DNA of 64,000 nucleotides from an uncultured Oscillospiraceae bacterium (GTDB lineage: Bacteria; Bacillota; Clostridia; Oscillospirales; Oscillospiraceae), in NCBI GenBank assembly GCA_947591105.1, contig CANQDL010000002.1, positions 4,919-68,918 on the forward strand. Direction: 5' to 3'. Below the pieces are notes generated by a model that saw nothing but the letters and a program-made list of their open reading frames with translations, ran no database searches and was not told where the DNA came from. The position numbers and the translations under genes were made by a program. Position 1 is the stretch's first letter; each line of letters starts with the position of its first letter. Below are positions 34,795 through 42,930 of this stretch, piece after piece.

Positions 34795-35142
34795 TTGGAC
34801 AGAGCGGAAAAGTGGCTGCAGGAAGAGGGGCTGACCCTGCTGGAGGGGTGGGCCAGAGACGGCGCTACCCGGGAGGCGATCGCCCAGCAGATGGGCGTCA
34901 GCGCCAGTACGTTTTACAGGTGGATCAAGAGATACCCACAGCTCGCCCAGGCGCTGCGCAAGGGCAGAGAGGTGGTGGATTACCAGGTGGAGCAGGCCCT
35001 GCTGGACAGAGCCCTGGGGGGAGATCTGCGGGCGCAGATGTATTGGCTCAACAACCGCAGAGGAGATAAGTGGCAGGAGCATCCCAAGGAGAAAACGGAA
35101 AACGAGAGCGGCGAAGGGGTCACGGTGATCGTGGATGTGTGA
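34795..35142 (+). CDS. Terminase small subunit (HTH type)
   Basis: AEKWLQEEGLTLLEGWARDGATREAIAQQMGVSASTFYRWIKRYP...NRRGDKWQE matches my memory of HTH-type TerS proteins. The start is uncertain: TTG 34795, GTG 34789 or ATG 34672. Confidence 0.65.
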   Translation: MDRAEKWLQEEGLTLLEGWARDGATREAIAQQMGVSASTFYRWIKRYPQLAQALRKGREVVDYQVEQALLDRALGGDLRAQMYWLNNRRGDKWQEHPKEKTENESGEGVTVIVDV

Positions 35143-35212
35143 GGCGATATCGGGGCCCCCGCGCGAATCCAGAGAAGCGAATCGCGTGGGGAAAGAAGCG
35201 GCCGCGCCGTAT

Positions 35213-35242
35213 TCTCCCCTTGCCGCTTGCGGCAAGGGGAGA
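35213..35242. repeat. 30-bp palindrome covering the terL ribosome-binding site
   Basis: TCTCCCCTTGCCGC-TT-GCGGCAAGGGGAGA has 14-bp perfect arms. Its right arm contains the AAGGGGAG SD that lies 7 nt before the GTG at 35249. Confidence 0.8.
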
Positions 35243-35248
35243 GCTACG

Positions 35249-36478
35249 GTGCGGTTAAGCGACGTGTTGGGCCCGGCGTTTTATGATCTGGCGCGGGACG
35301 TGTTCCGGCACGGACATACCCACTATGATCTGGCGGGGGGACGGGGAAGTCTGAAGTCCTCCACGGTGAGTCTGCTGGCGCCGCTGCTGCTGGTGCAAAA
35401 TCCGGACGCCCACGCGCTGGTGCTGCGAAAGGTGGGCAACACCCTGCGGGACAGCGTGTTCGCCCAGTATATGTGGGCCGTGGATAAGCTGGGCATGGGC
35501 GCGCTGTGGCGGGCCCATGTGTCACCCATGGAGCTGGAATACCTGCCAACAGGACAGAAGATCCTCTTTCGGGGAGCGGACGATCCCATGAAGCTCAAAT
35601 CCGTCAAGGCGCCCTTCGGGTACATCGCCGTGACCCACTTTGAGGAAAAGGATCAGTTCGCCGGGCGGGAGGAGATACGCTCCATCCTCCAGTCCACCAT
35701 GCGGGGCGGGGAGCTGTTCTGGAATTTTGAGAGCTATAACCCGCCTGCGAGCAGGGACAACTGGGCCAACCAGGACTCCCTGGAGGATCGGCCGGACAGG
35801 CTCCGGCACAAGAGCTGCTACCTGGACGCGCCGCGGCAGTGGCTGGGGGAGGCGTTCTTCTCCCAGGCGGAGGCACTGAAGGCACGGGATGAGCGGGCAT
35901 ACAGGCACGAGTACCTGGGCCAGGTCACCGGTACAGGCGGAAACGTGTTTCAGCGGCTGGAGATCCGGCCCATCTCCCAGCAGGAGGCCGGGCGGATGGA
36001 GCGGATCTTCCAGGGGGTGGACTGGGGCTGGTACCCGGATAAGTTCGCATTCCTCCGCACCGGGTACGACCCGGCCCAGGAGCGGATCTATCTGCTGGAC
36101 GAATATTATGTTAACCAAAAGAGCAACCGGGAGACGGCCCAGTGGGTGCGGGAGAGGGGATATTTCGACTACCCCATCACCTGCGACAGCGCCGAGCCGA
36201 AGAGCATCGGCGACTGGCGGGACATGGGGCTGCCCGCCAGGGGCGCGGTGAAGGGCCCGGGGAGCGTGGATTACGGGTTCAAGTGGCTCCAGGGGCGGAC
36301 GCTGGTCATTGATCCGGCCAGGACGCCGGGGGCATACCGGGAGATCACGCGCTATGAATATGAGCGGGATCGGGCAGGGAACGTGATCAGCGGCTATCCG
36401 GACAGGGACGATCACGCCATATCGGCGCTGCGGTACGCTTACGAGGGACTTTTTAACCGGCGGGGCTCGGTGGGGTGA
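35249..36478 (+). CDS. Terminase large subunit (PBSX-type)
   Basis: Walker A-like GGRGSLKSS and the conserved ILFRGADDPMKLKS block. C-terminal nuclease region. GTG start after the SD. Confidence 0.9.
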   Translation: MRLSDVLGPAFYDLARDVFRHGHTHYDLAGGRGSLKSSTVSLLAPLLLVQNPDAHALVLRKVGNTLRDSVFAQYMWAVDKLGMGALWRAHVSPMELEYLPTGQKILFRGADDPMKLKSVKAPFGYIAVTHFEEKDQFAGREEIRSILQSTMRGGELFWNFESYNPPASRDNWANQDSLEDRPDRLRHKSCYLDAPRQWLGEAFFSQAEALKARDERAYRHEYLGQVTGTGGNVFQRLEIRPISQQEAGRMERIFQGVDWGWYPDKFAFLRTGYDPAQERIYLLDEYYVNQKSNRETAQWVRERGYFDYPITCDSAEPKSIGDWRDMGLPARGAVKGPGSVDYGFKWLQGRTLVIDPARTPGAYREITRYEYERDRAGNVISGYPDRDDHAISALRYAYEGLFNRRGSVG

Positions 36479-36529
36479 GCGCCGGACGGGTGAGAAGAAG
36501 AGGAACGGTTGGCCAGGGAAGGAGAAGAA

Positions 36530-37891
36530 ATGGGCATTTATCGGAGAAACGACAGGGCGGCGCTGGCCGCGAGGGCATATGAGCTGTTCGGCGTGCGGGC
36601 GGCGGACGGGGACGAGACGGCCCGGCTGCTGGCCCGGTGCGCGGCGGCTTACCGGGGGCGGCCGGAGTGGCTGGACGGCGATCCGGAGAGCCCGGTCAGA
36701 ACGGTGAATATGGCAAAGAGCATCTGCTCGGAGACGGCCAGGCTGACCACCCTGGCGGCCGGTATCTCCGTCGGCGGGTCGGCGCGGGGCAGCTGGCTGC
36801 AGCAGCAGATCGACCGGTGCTATTTCAGCCTCCGGCACTGGGTGGAGTACGCCTGCGCCTATGGCACGGTGATCCTGAAGCCCAACGGGAAGGACGTGGA
36901 GATGCTCACGCCGGAGCAGTTCATCATCACCGCCGAGGAGGGCGGCGAGGTGACCGGGGCGGTGTTTTTCAGCGGCCGGTATGACCAGAGCCGGGAGAAG
37001 TACTTCACCCGGCTGGAGTATCACCGGTTTTTGCCCGACGGGCGCTACGGGGTGTCCAACCGGTGCCTGGCGGCGGACGGGCCCGGGCAGACGGGCAAGC
37101 CCGTGCCCATCGGGTACACCCCCTGGGCGGGGCTGGCGGAGGATATGGCGGCGGAGGGCGTGCGCCGGCCGCTGTTCGGCGTGCTGCGGATGCCGGAGGC
37201 CAACCATCTGGACGCGAACTCCCCCATGGGGCTGCCGGTGTTTGCCGGGGCCATGGAGGAGCTGCGGGATCTGGACGTGGCGTACAGCCGCAACGCCGCG
37301 GAGATCTTTGACAGCCGGCGGCTGGCGCTGCTGGACGACCGGCTGACCGAACAGGCCGGCGCGCCGCTGAACGGCGCCAGGCGCATCCGGCTGCCCCGGT
37401 TCATCAAACGGGCTTTCGGTTCCGCCGCCACGGAGTATTACCAGGAGATCAACCCGGCGCTGAACACGGCCGAGCGGCTCAAGGGCATTGACGCGCTGCT
37501 GTCCCAGATCGGGTTCAAGTGCGGCTTCTCCAACGGGTATTTCGTGTTCAACCAGCGCTCCGGCATGGTCACCGCCACCCAGGTGGAGGCGGACGACCGG
37601 CGCACGGTGCAGCTGGTCAAGGACGTGCGGGACAAGCTGGAGACGGCCCTGGACGGGCTGATCTACGCCCTCGACCGGTTCGCGGACGCCTATGGGCTGG
37701 CGCCGGAGGGGGAGTATACGGTCACGTATGATTTCGGGGACGTGACCTATAACCGGGAGGAGGATCGGGCCAGGTGGTATGGGTATGTGAAGGACGGAAG
37801 AGCGCCGTTCTGGTACTACCTGACCAGGTTCGAGGGCTTTTCCAAGGAGCAGGCCAAGGCGCTGGAGGCCATAGGGGAAAAGAAGGCGTGA
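36530..37891 (+). CDS. Portal protein
   Basis: About 453 aa, directly after terL. By recollection it resembles A118/SPP1-type portal proteins. GGAAGGAGAAG RBS. Confidence 0.8.
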   Translation: MGIYRRNDRAALAARAYELFGVRAADGDETARLLARCAAAYRGRPEWLDGDPESPVRTVNMAKSICSETARLTTLAAGISVGGSARGSWLQQQIDRCYFSLRHWVEYACAYGTVILKPNGKDVEMLTPEQFIITAEEGGEVTGAVFFSGRYDQSREKYFTRLEYHRFLPDGRYGVSNRCLAADGPGQTGKPVPIGYTPWAGLAEDMAAEGVRRPLFGVLRMPEANHLDANSPMGLPVFAGAMEELRDLDVAYSRNAAEIFDSRRLALLDDRLTEQAGAPLNGARRIRLPRFIKRAFGSAATEYYQEINPALNTAERLKGIDALLSQIGFKCGFSNGYFVFNQRSGMVTATQVEADDRRTVQLVKDVRDKLETALDGLIYALDRFADAYGLAPEGEYTVTYDFGDVTYNREEDRARWYGYVKDGRAPFWYYLTRFEGFSKEQAKALEAIGEKKA

Positions 37892-38039
37892 ACAGGGGAC
37901 GGCGGCAATAGGCCGGACTTTTTCATATTGGTATCTCGCCCGCCGCGCCGGGCGTTAAGAAAGGCGCGGAGCCGTCGGGGGGCCGCGACCTCCGTGAAAG
38001 CCAGCGGGCAGACAGCGTGACGGCGGGAAGGACACAGAC

Positions 38040-38294
38040 GTGAAGCGGGAATTTCTGGAGAGCCTGGATATCGGCGGCGGGGCCAGACTGCCTAAGGCCG
38101 CGGTGGAGGCCATTATGGCCGAGCACGGCCGGTCGGTGCAGGCGGCGCAGCAGGCCGGACGGGTGCGGTTCACGGCCCGGATGGCCGATGGCGGAGAGCC
38201 GGTGACGAGAGAGCAGATCATGGCGATCCCTGACCGGGCCAGGCGGCGGAAGGCCATCGCAAACCATCTTGAACTATTTGAAAAGGAGAACTGA
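38040..38294 (+). CDS. Short scaffold-like protein (GP20-like N-terminus, possibly truncated)
   Basis: 84 aa with a GTG start. The position before the capsid gene and LPKAAVEAIMAEHGRSV resemble the N-termini of phage scaffold proteins, which are usually about twice as long. Confidence 0.45.
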   Translation: MKREFLESLDIGGGARLPKAAVEAIMAEHGRSVQAAQQAGRVRFTARMADGGEPVTREQIMAIPDRARRRKAIANHLELFEKEN

Positions 38295-38296
38295 AA

Positions 38297-39154
38297 ATGG
38301 CAGAGGAAAACATCATCCAGGAGAGCAATCTGGCCCGGGTGCGGGAGATCGAGTTCGTGAGCGCTTTTGCCGGTTCCATCGGCAAGCTGATGCAAGCCAT
38401 CGGCGTGACGCGCAAGGTGCCCAAGCAGGCGGGAACCGTGCTGAAGGCCTATAAGGCAAAGGGCACGCTGGCCAGCGGCGCGGTGGAAGAGGGCGAGACC
38501 ATCCCCCTGAGCCAGTACCAGACCGAGGCGGTGGACTGCGGGGAGATCACCCTGAAGAAGTGGCGCAAGGCCGCCACCGCCGAGGCCATCATCGACCGGG
38601 GCTATGACCAGGCGGTGGATATGGTCACGGACGAGATGCTCCGGGACGTGCAGAAGACCGTCCGCAAGGACTTCTTCGACTTTCTGGACACCGGCACCGG
38701 CACCGCCTCGGGCGAGAGCTTCCAGCAGGCGGTGGCCCAGGCCTGGGGCCAGCTGCAGGTGCTGTTCGACGACGACGGGGTGGCCTGCGTGTACTTTATG
38801 AATCCGCTGGACGTGGCGGATTATCTGGCCAGCGCCCCCATCACCATGCAGAGCGCCTTCGGGCTGAGCTATGTGGAGAACTTTATGGGCCTGGGCACCG
38901 TGATCCTCAACGGCAGCGTGCCCAAGGGCACGGTGTACGCCACTGCCAAGGACAACCTGGTGCTCTATTACATCCCCGTCAACGGGGCGGATCTGAACGA
39001 GGCCTTTGACTTCACCAGCGACGACACCGGCTACATCGGCATCCATGAGCAGGCCGACTATACCAACATGACCGCCGCCGACACGGTGGTGTGCGGTATG
39101 CGGATGCTGGCGGAGAAGCTGGACGGCATCGTCAAGGCCACCATCGGCGCGTGA
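38297..39154 (+). CDS. Major capsid protein
   Basis: 285 aa at the position after the scaffold. By recollection its composition is typical of A118-like major head proteins. Confidence 0.7.
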   Translation: MAEENIIQESNLARVREIEFVSAFAGSIGKLMQAIGVTRKVPKQAGTVLKAYKAKGTLASGAVEEGETIPLSQYQTEAVDCGEITLKKWRKAATAEAIIDRGYDQAVDMVTDEMLRDVQKTVRKDFFDFLDTGTGTASGESFQQAVAQAWGQLQVLFDDDGVACVYFMNPLDVADYLASAPITMQSAFGLSYVENFMGLGTVILNGSVPKGTVYATAKDNLVLYYIPVNGADLNEAFDFTSDDTGYIGIHEQADYTNMTAADTVVCGMRMLAEKLDGIVKATIGA

Positions 39155-39600
39155 TGGAGTGGGCGGAATACGCCGCGCTCTACCCGGACGGGCCGGATCA
39201 GGGCGGCTTTGAACGCCTGGGATGGGAGGCACGCCGGATCATGGAGCAGGCCGTCACCGGCGTGGACGGTGTGCAGAAGCTGGCGGCGGCCCCGCCCACG
39301 GCGCCGGAGGCCGCGCTTGCTGTGGAGCGGTGCCAGGCGGCGCTGATACATCAGCTGTGGCAGGCGGAGCAGGCGGCCGGATGCGCCCGGCGCGCGGACG
39401 GCCTTGTGACGGGTCGGGTGGTGACGGCCGTCACCGCCGGAAACGAGAGCGTGAGCTACGCCGCGCCGGCGGGGGCGGCGTCCTGGCAGGAGAGCCAGGA
39501 AATGCTGCAGCGGACGGTGGAGCGGTATCTGGCGGGAGTGCCGGACGCCAACGGGGTCAATCTGCTGTATATGGGCGCATATCCGGTGAAGATGGGGTGA
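39154..39600 (+). CDS. Head-tail connector/adaptor candidate
   Basis: 148 aa. Its ATG overlaps the capsid stop. The call is positional only. Confidence 0.45.
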   Translation: MEWAEYAALYPDGPDQGGFERLGWEARRIMEQAVTGVDGVQKLAAAPPTAPEAALAVERCQAALIHQLWQAEQAAGCARRADGLVTGRVVTAVTAGNESVSYAAPAGAASWQESQEMLQRTVERYLAGVPDANGVNLLYMGAYPVKMG

Positions 39601-39631
39601 CGATCCCCCACCCGTTGTCGGAGCACGATGG

Positions 39632-39849
39632 AAAAGCCTCCCCTGTGCAAGGGGAGGTGGGCTGCCGTAAGGCGGCTCGGAGGGGTTGTTACAATCCCCC
39701 AGTCACCGCCTGCGGCGGCGACAGCCCCCTTTACACAAGGGGGCCAAAGAGGTGGGGATCTCAAAGCCCCCTTTACACAAGGGGGCCAAAGAGGTGAGGA
39801 CCTCAAAACCCCCTTGGCACAAGGGGCCAAAGAGGTGAGGTGATTTTTT
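39632..39849 (+). repeat. Mosaic multi-hairpin repeat family A, copy 2, ending in three tandem 42-bp units
   Basis: Same hairpin order as copy 1. GCCCCCTTTACACAAGGGGGCCAAAGAGGTGRGGAYCTCAAA units start at 39724, 39766 and 39808. The last unit supplies AAAGAGGTGAGG just before the next ORF start. Confidence 0.8.
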
Positions 39850-40294
39850 GGTGTATGAGGATGTGGTGACGCTGTTCAACCGGAAGGTGACGGACGCGGG
39901 GGTGCTCTGGTACCCCACGGTGATCGAAGGGGTGCATGTGGCCCCTGAGAGCGTCGCGGCGGAGGCCGGGTACGGCCGGGCCCGGGATGACCGGGCGGCG
40001 GTGCTGATCCCCTACGTATGGGCGGGAGGCGCGCCCTGCGTGGGGGGAAAGACATACGTGCCGCCGAAGCTGTGGCAAAAGGTAGAGGAGCCGGCCGCGT
40101 ACGTGACCTTTGCCGGGGGAGAGGATTTCGACTTCTTCATCACGGAGGACTGGCTGGGGACAGAGCCGGTGGAGGACGGCGCCTGGCCCGGCGGCTTCTA
40201 CGGCTATTTGGCGGGCCAGCGGGACAACGTGTTCGCCGTCACCGCCGTGAGCCGGTATAAGGCGCTGCCCCACTTTGAAGTGACGGGGAGGTGA
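39848..40294 (+). CDS. Phage head-tail joining / minor capsid family protein
   Basis: 148 aa with a TTG/GTG start at 39848/39851. The position matches the three small head-completion genes of A118-like modules. Confidence 0.5.
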   Translation: MVYEDVVTLFNRKVTDAGVLWYPTVIEGVHVAPESVAAEAGYGRARDDRAAVLIPYVWAGGAPCVGGKTYVPPKLWQKVEEPAAYVTFAGGEDFDFFITEDWLGTEPVEDGAWPGGFYGYLAGQRDNVFAVTAVSRYKALPHFEVTGR

Positions 40295-40298
40295 TCCG

Positions 40299-40766
40299 GT
40301 GGCGGGGATACGATTCAAGGATCTCTTTCTGGAGACGGACACGCTGCGGGCGCGGCTGTCCATGGCCCGGCCGTCGAGACGGGCGGAGCGGGCCTTCCGG
40401 GCGCTGCACAGGCGGGTCGGAGAGGATATGCTGCCCTATATGCCCAGCAGGACCGGCGGGTTCCGGCAGAGAACGCAGGCGGCCAACAGGGCCCTGATCG
40501 GCTCCGGCCAGGTGCTGGCGGGAGTGGGGCCTATGGGCCGGTATCTGTACCAAAACCGGGTCATGGTGGATGCGGCTACGGGCCGTGGGCCGCAAATGAT
40601 CCCCGGAGTGGGGCCGCGCTTTGAAAAGGGCGCGGATCTGACGGCCACGGATCGGCAGCTGCGGTATTCCTACGCCGGGACGAGGCCGTTCTGGTTTGCC
40701 TACGCCAAGCAGCGAAGGATGGACAGCTGGACGGAAGAGGTACAGCGGATATTGGACGGTAAGTGA
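40299..40766 (+). CDS. Phage minor capsid / head-tail joining protein
   Basis: 155 aa. The MLPYMPSRTGGFRQRT region resembles the minor-capsid-2 type (from memory). Confidence 0.5.
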   Translation: MAGIRFKDLFLETDTLRARLSMARPSRRAERAFRALHRRVGEDMLPYMPSRTGGFRQRTQAANRALIGSGQVLAGVGPMGRYLYQNRVMVDAATGRGPQMIPGVGPRFEKGADLTATDRQLRYSYAGTRPFWFAYAKQRRMDSWTEEVQRILDGK

Positions 40767-41272
40767 TGGAAGAAAGACGAGACGAACCGAAATATGACCC
40801 GGAGGGCTATGAGGTGCTCACCCAGGCCATCCTGGCGCTGCTGGCACAGTTTCCGGGGCTGGAAGAGGGCGAGCGCGTCTCTTTTGCCACACTGCGGGCG
40901 GAGGGCGGTCTGGCTATGTTCCCCGGCGACGGGGCCGTGGTGGACGAGGAGAAGCGCAGCGTCACGGGCCGGGTGCGGCAGGTGTGCCGGTATCCCTTTG
41001 TGGCCCTCTGCCGGACGGCCGGCATGACGGAGCAGAGCCGGGCGGATGCCAAGGAGCGGCTGGATCGCCTGGGGCGCTGGCTGGGCCGGCAGCCCATAAC
41101 GGCGGGCGGCGCGGTCGTTCAGCTGCGGGACTATCCCGCCCTCACGGGCCAGCGGCGGCTGCTGGACTTCTCGGTGCAGGCGGCCGCCTATCTTTATGAG
41201 AGGGACGAGCACCAGACAGAGACATGGGCGGTGGGACTGACCGCCCGGTATGAAAACATCTTTTATCTTTGA
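40763..41272 (+). CDS. Phage minor capsid / tail-completion protein
   Basis: 169 aa. ATGA overlap with the previous gene. Positional call. Confidence 0.45.
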   Translation: MMEERRDEPKYDPEGYEVLTQAILALLAQFPGLEEGERVSFATLRAEGGLAMFPGDGAVVDEEKRSVTGRVRQVCRYPFVALCRTAGMTEQSRADAKERLDRLGRWLGRQPITAGGAVVQLRDYPALTGQRRLLDFSVQAAAYLYERDEHQTETWAVGLTARYENIFYL

Positions 41273-41289
41273 TTTTGGAGGTAGACACA

Positions 41290-41805
41290 ATGGCAAAACT
41301 GGAACGCGAGGCCCTGGGCCACTATCTGGACACCAAGTTCAACACCAAGGTGAGCCAGGCCGCGGAGGCGGAGTTTGAGATCATCGGCGACGACATCGAG
41401 GAGATGAGCGTGGAGCTCAACGCCGACACCGAGCAGGTCAAAAATATCCTGGGTCAGACCAAGACCAGGGACAACGGCTACTCCCCCAGCATGGACGCCG
41501 ATCCCTTCTACGCCGACCCGGACAAGAAGCTCTATCCCAAGCTGCGGGATATCGCCATGAACCGGCTCAAGGGCGACAAGTGCAAGAGCCTGATGCTGGA
41601 GGTGCTGGTGGAGGATACCGCCGCCGAGACCCATAAGGCCTGGCTGCGGGAGGTCACCGTCAAGCCCCAGAGCTACGGCGGCGGCACCGAGGGCGTGAAC
41701 ATCCCCTTCAACGTCAGCGAGGACGGCAAGAGCGTGGAGGGCACCGTCACCGCCGAGAGCATGAAGGCGGGCGCGCCCGTGTTTACCGCTGGCGCGGCGG
41801 AGTGA
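41290..41805 (+). CDS. Major tail protein
   Basis: 171 aa with a strong GGAGG RBS. It lies before the chaperone pair and the tape measure gene, and a hairpin follows it. Confidence 0.6.
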   Translation: MAKLEREALGHYLDTKFNTKVSQAAEAEFEIIGDDIEEMSVELNADTEQVKNILGQTKTRDNGYSPSMDADPFYADPDKKLYPKLRDIAMNRLKGDKCKSLMLEVLVEDTAAETHKAWLREVTVKPQSYGGGTEGVNIPFNVSEDGKSVEGTVTAESMKAGAPVFTAGAAE

Positions 41806-41889
41806 GATGCGGCGGGGAGGGAGGCTTGTCCCTCCCCCAGTCCCCTCATAATGATGGGAGGGGCAATGTGAAGGAAGGGAGATTTTCCG

Positions 41890-42336
41890 ATGGCCGATGT
41901 GATGAAATTACAGCTGGATACCGGCGCCGTTACCGTGGAGATGGAGGACGAGTCCGGCAGGGCGCTGGGCAGCTTTTCCTTTCAGCCCGCCGACTCCAAT
42001 CTCCTCAAGCGATACGGCGCGGTGGTGGAGCACTTCAACGCCATAAAGCTGGAGCAGACGGAGGATGAACAGCGCCAGGCGGAGCAGATGAACCGCCTGT
42101 GCGACGATATCGGGCAGCAGTTTGACTACCTGCTGGGGGGAGACGTGGCGAAGGAGATCTTTGCCAAGTGCGGGCCCCTGACAGTGACGAAAAACGGCGA
42201 TTTCTTTTTTGAACAGGTGCTGGAGGGCGTGGGCGCGCTGGTGGAGAAGATCACCAAAAAGCGCCTGGACAAAAAGCTGGCCAGGATCAGAAAGACCGTG
42301 GCCAACGCCCCGTCTGTCAAAAACGGCAGGCCGTGA
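41890..42336 (+). CDS. Tail assembly chaperone candidate
   Basis: 148 aa and acidic, immediately upstream of the Gp15-like and tape measure genes. Confidence 0.5.
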   Translation: MADVMKLQLDTGAVTVEMEDESGRALGSFSFQPADSNLLKRYGAVVEHFNAIKLEQTEDEQRQAEQMNRLCDDIGQQFDYLLGGDVAKEIFAKCGPLTVTKNGDFFFEQVLEGVGALVEKITKKRLDKKLARIRKTVANAPSVKNGRP

Positions 42337-42917
42337 GCGGGGCGGAGGGGCGGATGGACGCCTGGTCGCTGCCCACGGCGCTGACGGTGGGAGGCAGGCA
42401 GCACCCCATCCGGACGGATTTCCGGGATGTGCTGTATCTGCTGGATGTGTTCGCCGACCCGGAGCTGGAACAGGACGAGAAGGGCGCGGTGTGCCTGCAG
42501 GTGCTCTACAGGGACTGGAGGGCCATTCCGGCGGAGCACCGGCGGCAGGCGCTGGACGAGGCGGCGCGGTTCATTGACGGCGGCATGGAGAGCGAAAGCG
42601 GCCGGCCCCGGCCCAGGACGGTGGACTGGAGGCAGGACGGGCCCTTGATCCTGCCGGCGGTGAACAGAGTGCTGGGCGGCGAGGTGCGGGCCATGGAATA
42701 TCTGCACTGGTGGACGTTTCTGGGCGCTTACATGGAGATCGGGGACAGTCTGTTCACCACGGTGCTGGGCATCCGGCAAAAACGCGCCAAGGGCAAGAAG
42801 CTGGAGAAGTTCGAACAGGAGTTTTTGAAGGAGAATCGGGCGCTGGTGCAGCTGCGTCCCAGGCAGAGCCGGGAGGAACAGGCCCGGCGGGACGCGCTGA
42901 AGGCGCTTTTTGTGTGA
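42333..42917 (+). CDS. Gp15-like phage protein (second chaperone-position gene)
   Basis: LPTALTVGGRQHPIRTDFRDVLYLLDVFADPEL resembles the bacteriophage Gp15 family N-terminus. GTGA overlap in the -1 frame relative to the previous ORF. Confidence 0.6.
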   Translation: MSGAEGRMDAWSLPTALTVGGRQHPIRTDFRDVLYLLDVFADPELEQDEKGAVCLQVLYRDWRAIPAEHRRQALDEAARFIDGGMESESGRPRPRTVDWRQDGPLILPAVNRVLGGEVRAMEYLHWWTFLGAYMEIGDSLFTTVLGIRQKRAKGKKLEKFEQEFLKENRALVQLRPRQSREEQARRDALKALFV

Positions 42918-42930
42918 GGGGTGAGCGGCT

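Noticed and set aside
39724-39849. Possible CRISPR array (three regularly spaced palindromic repeats).
   Set aside because: The 42-bp units are contiguous with no unique spacers. There are only three units and no cas genes, and the unit is part of a dispersed repeat family.
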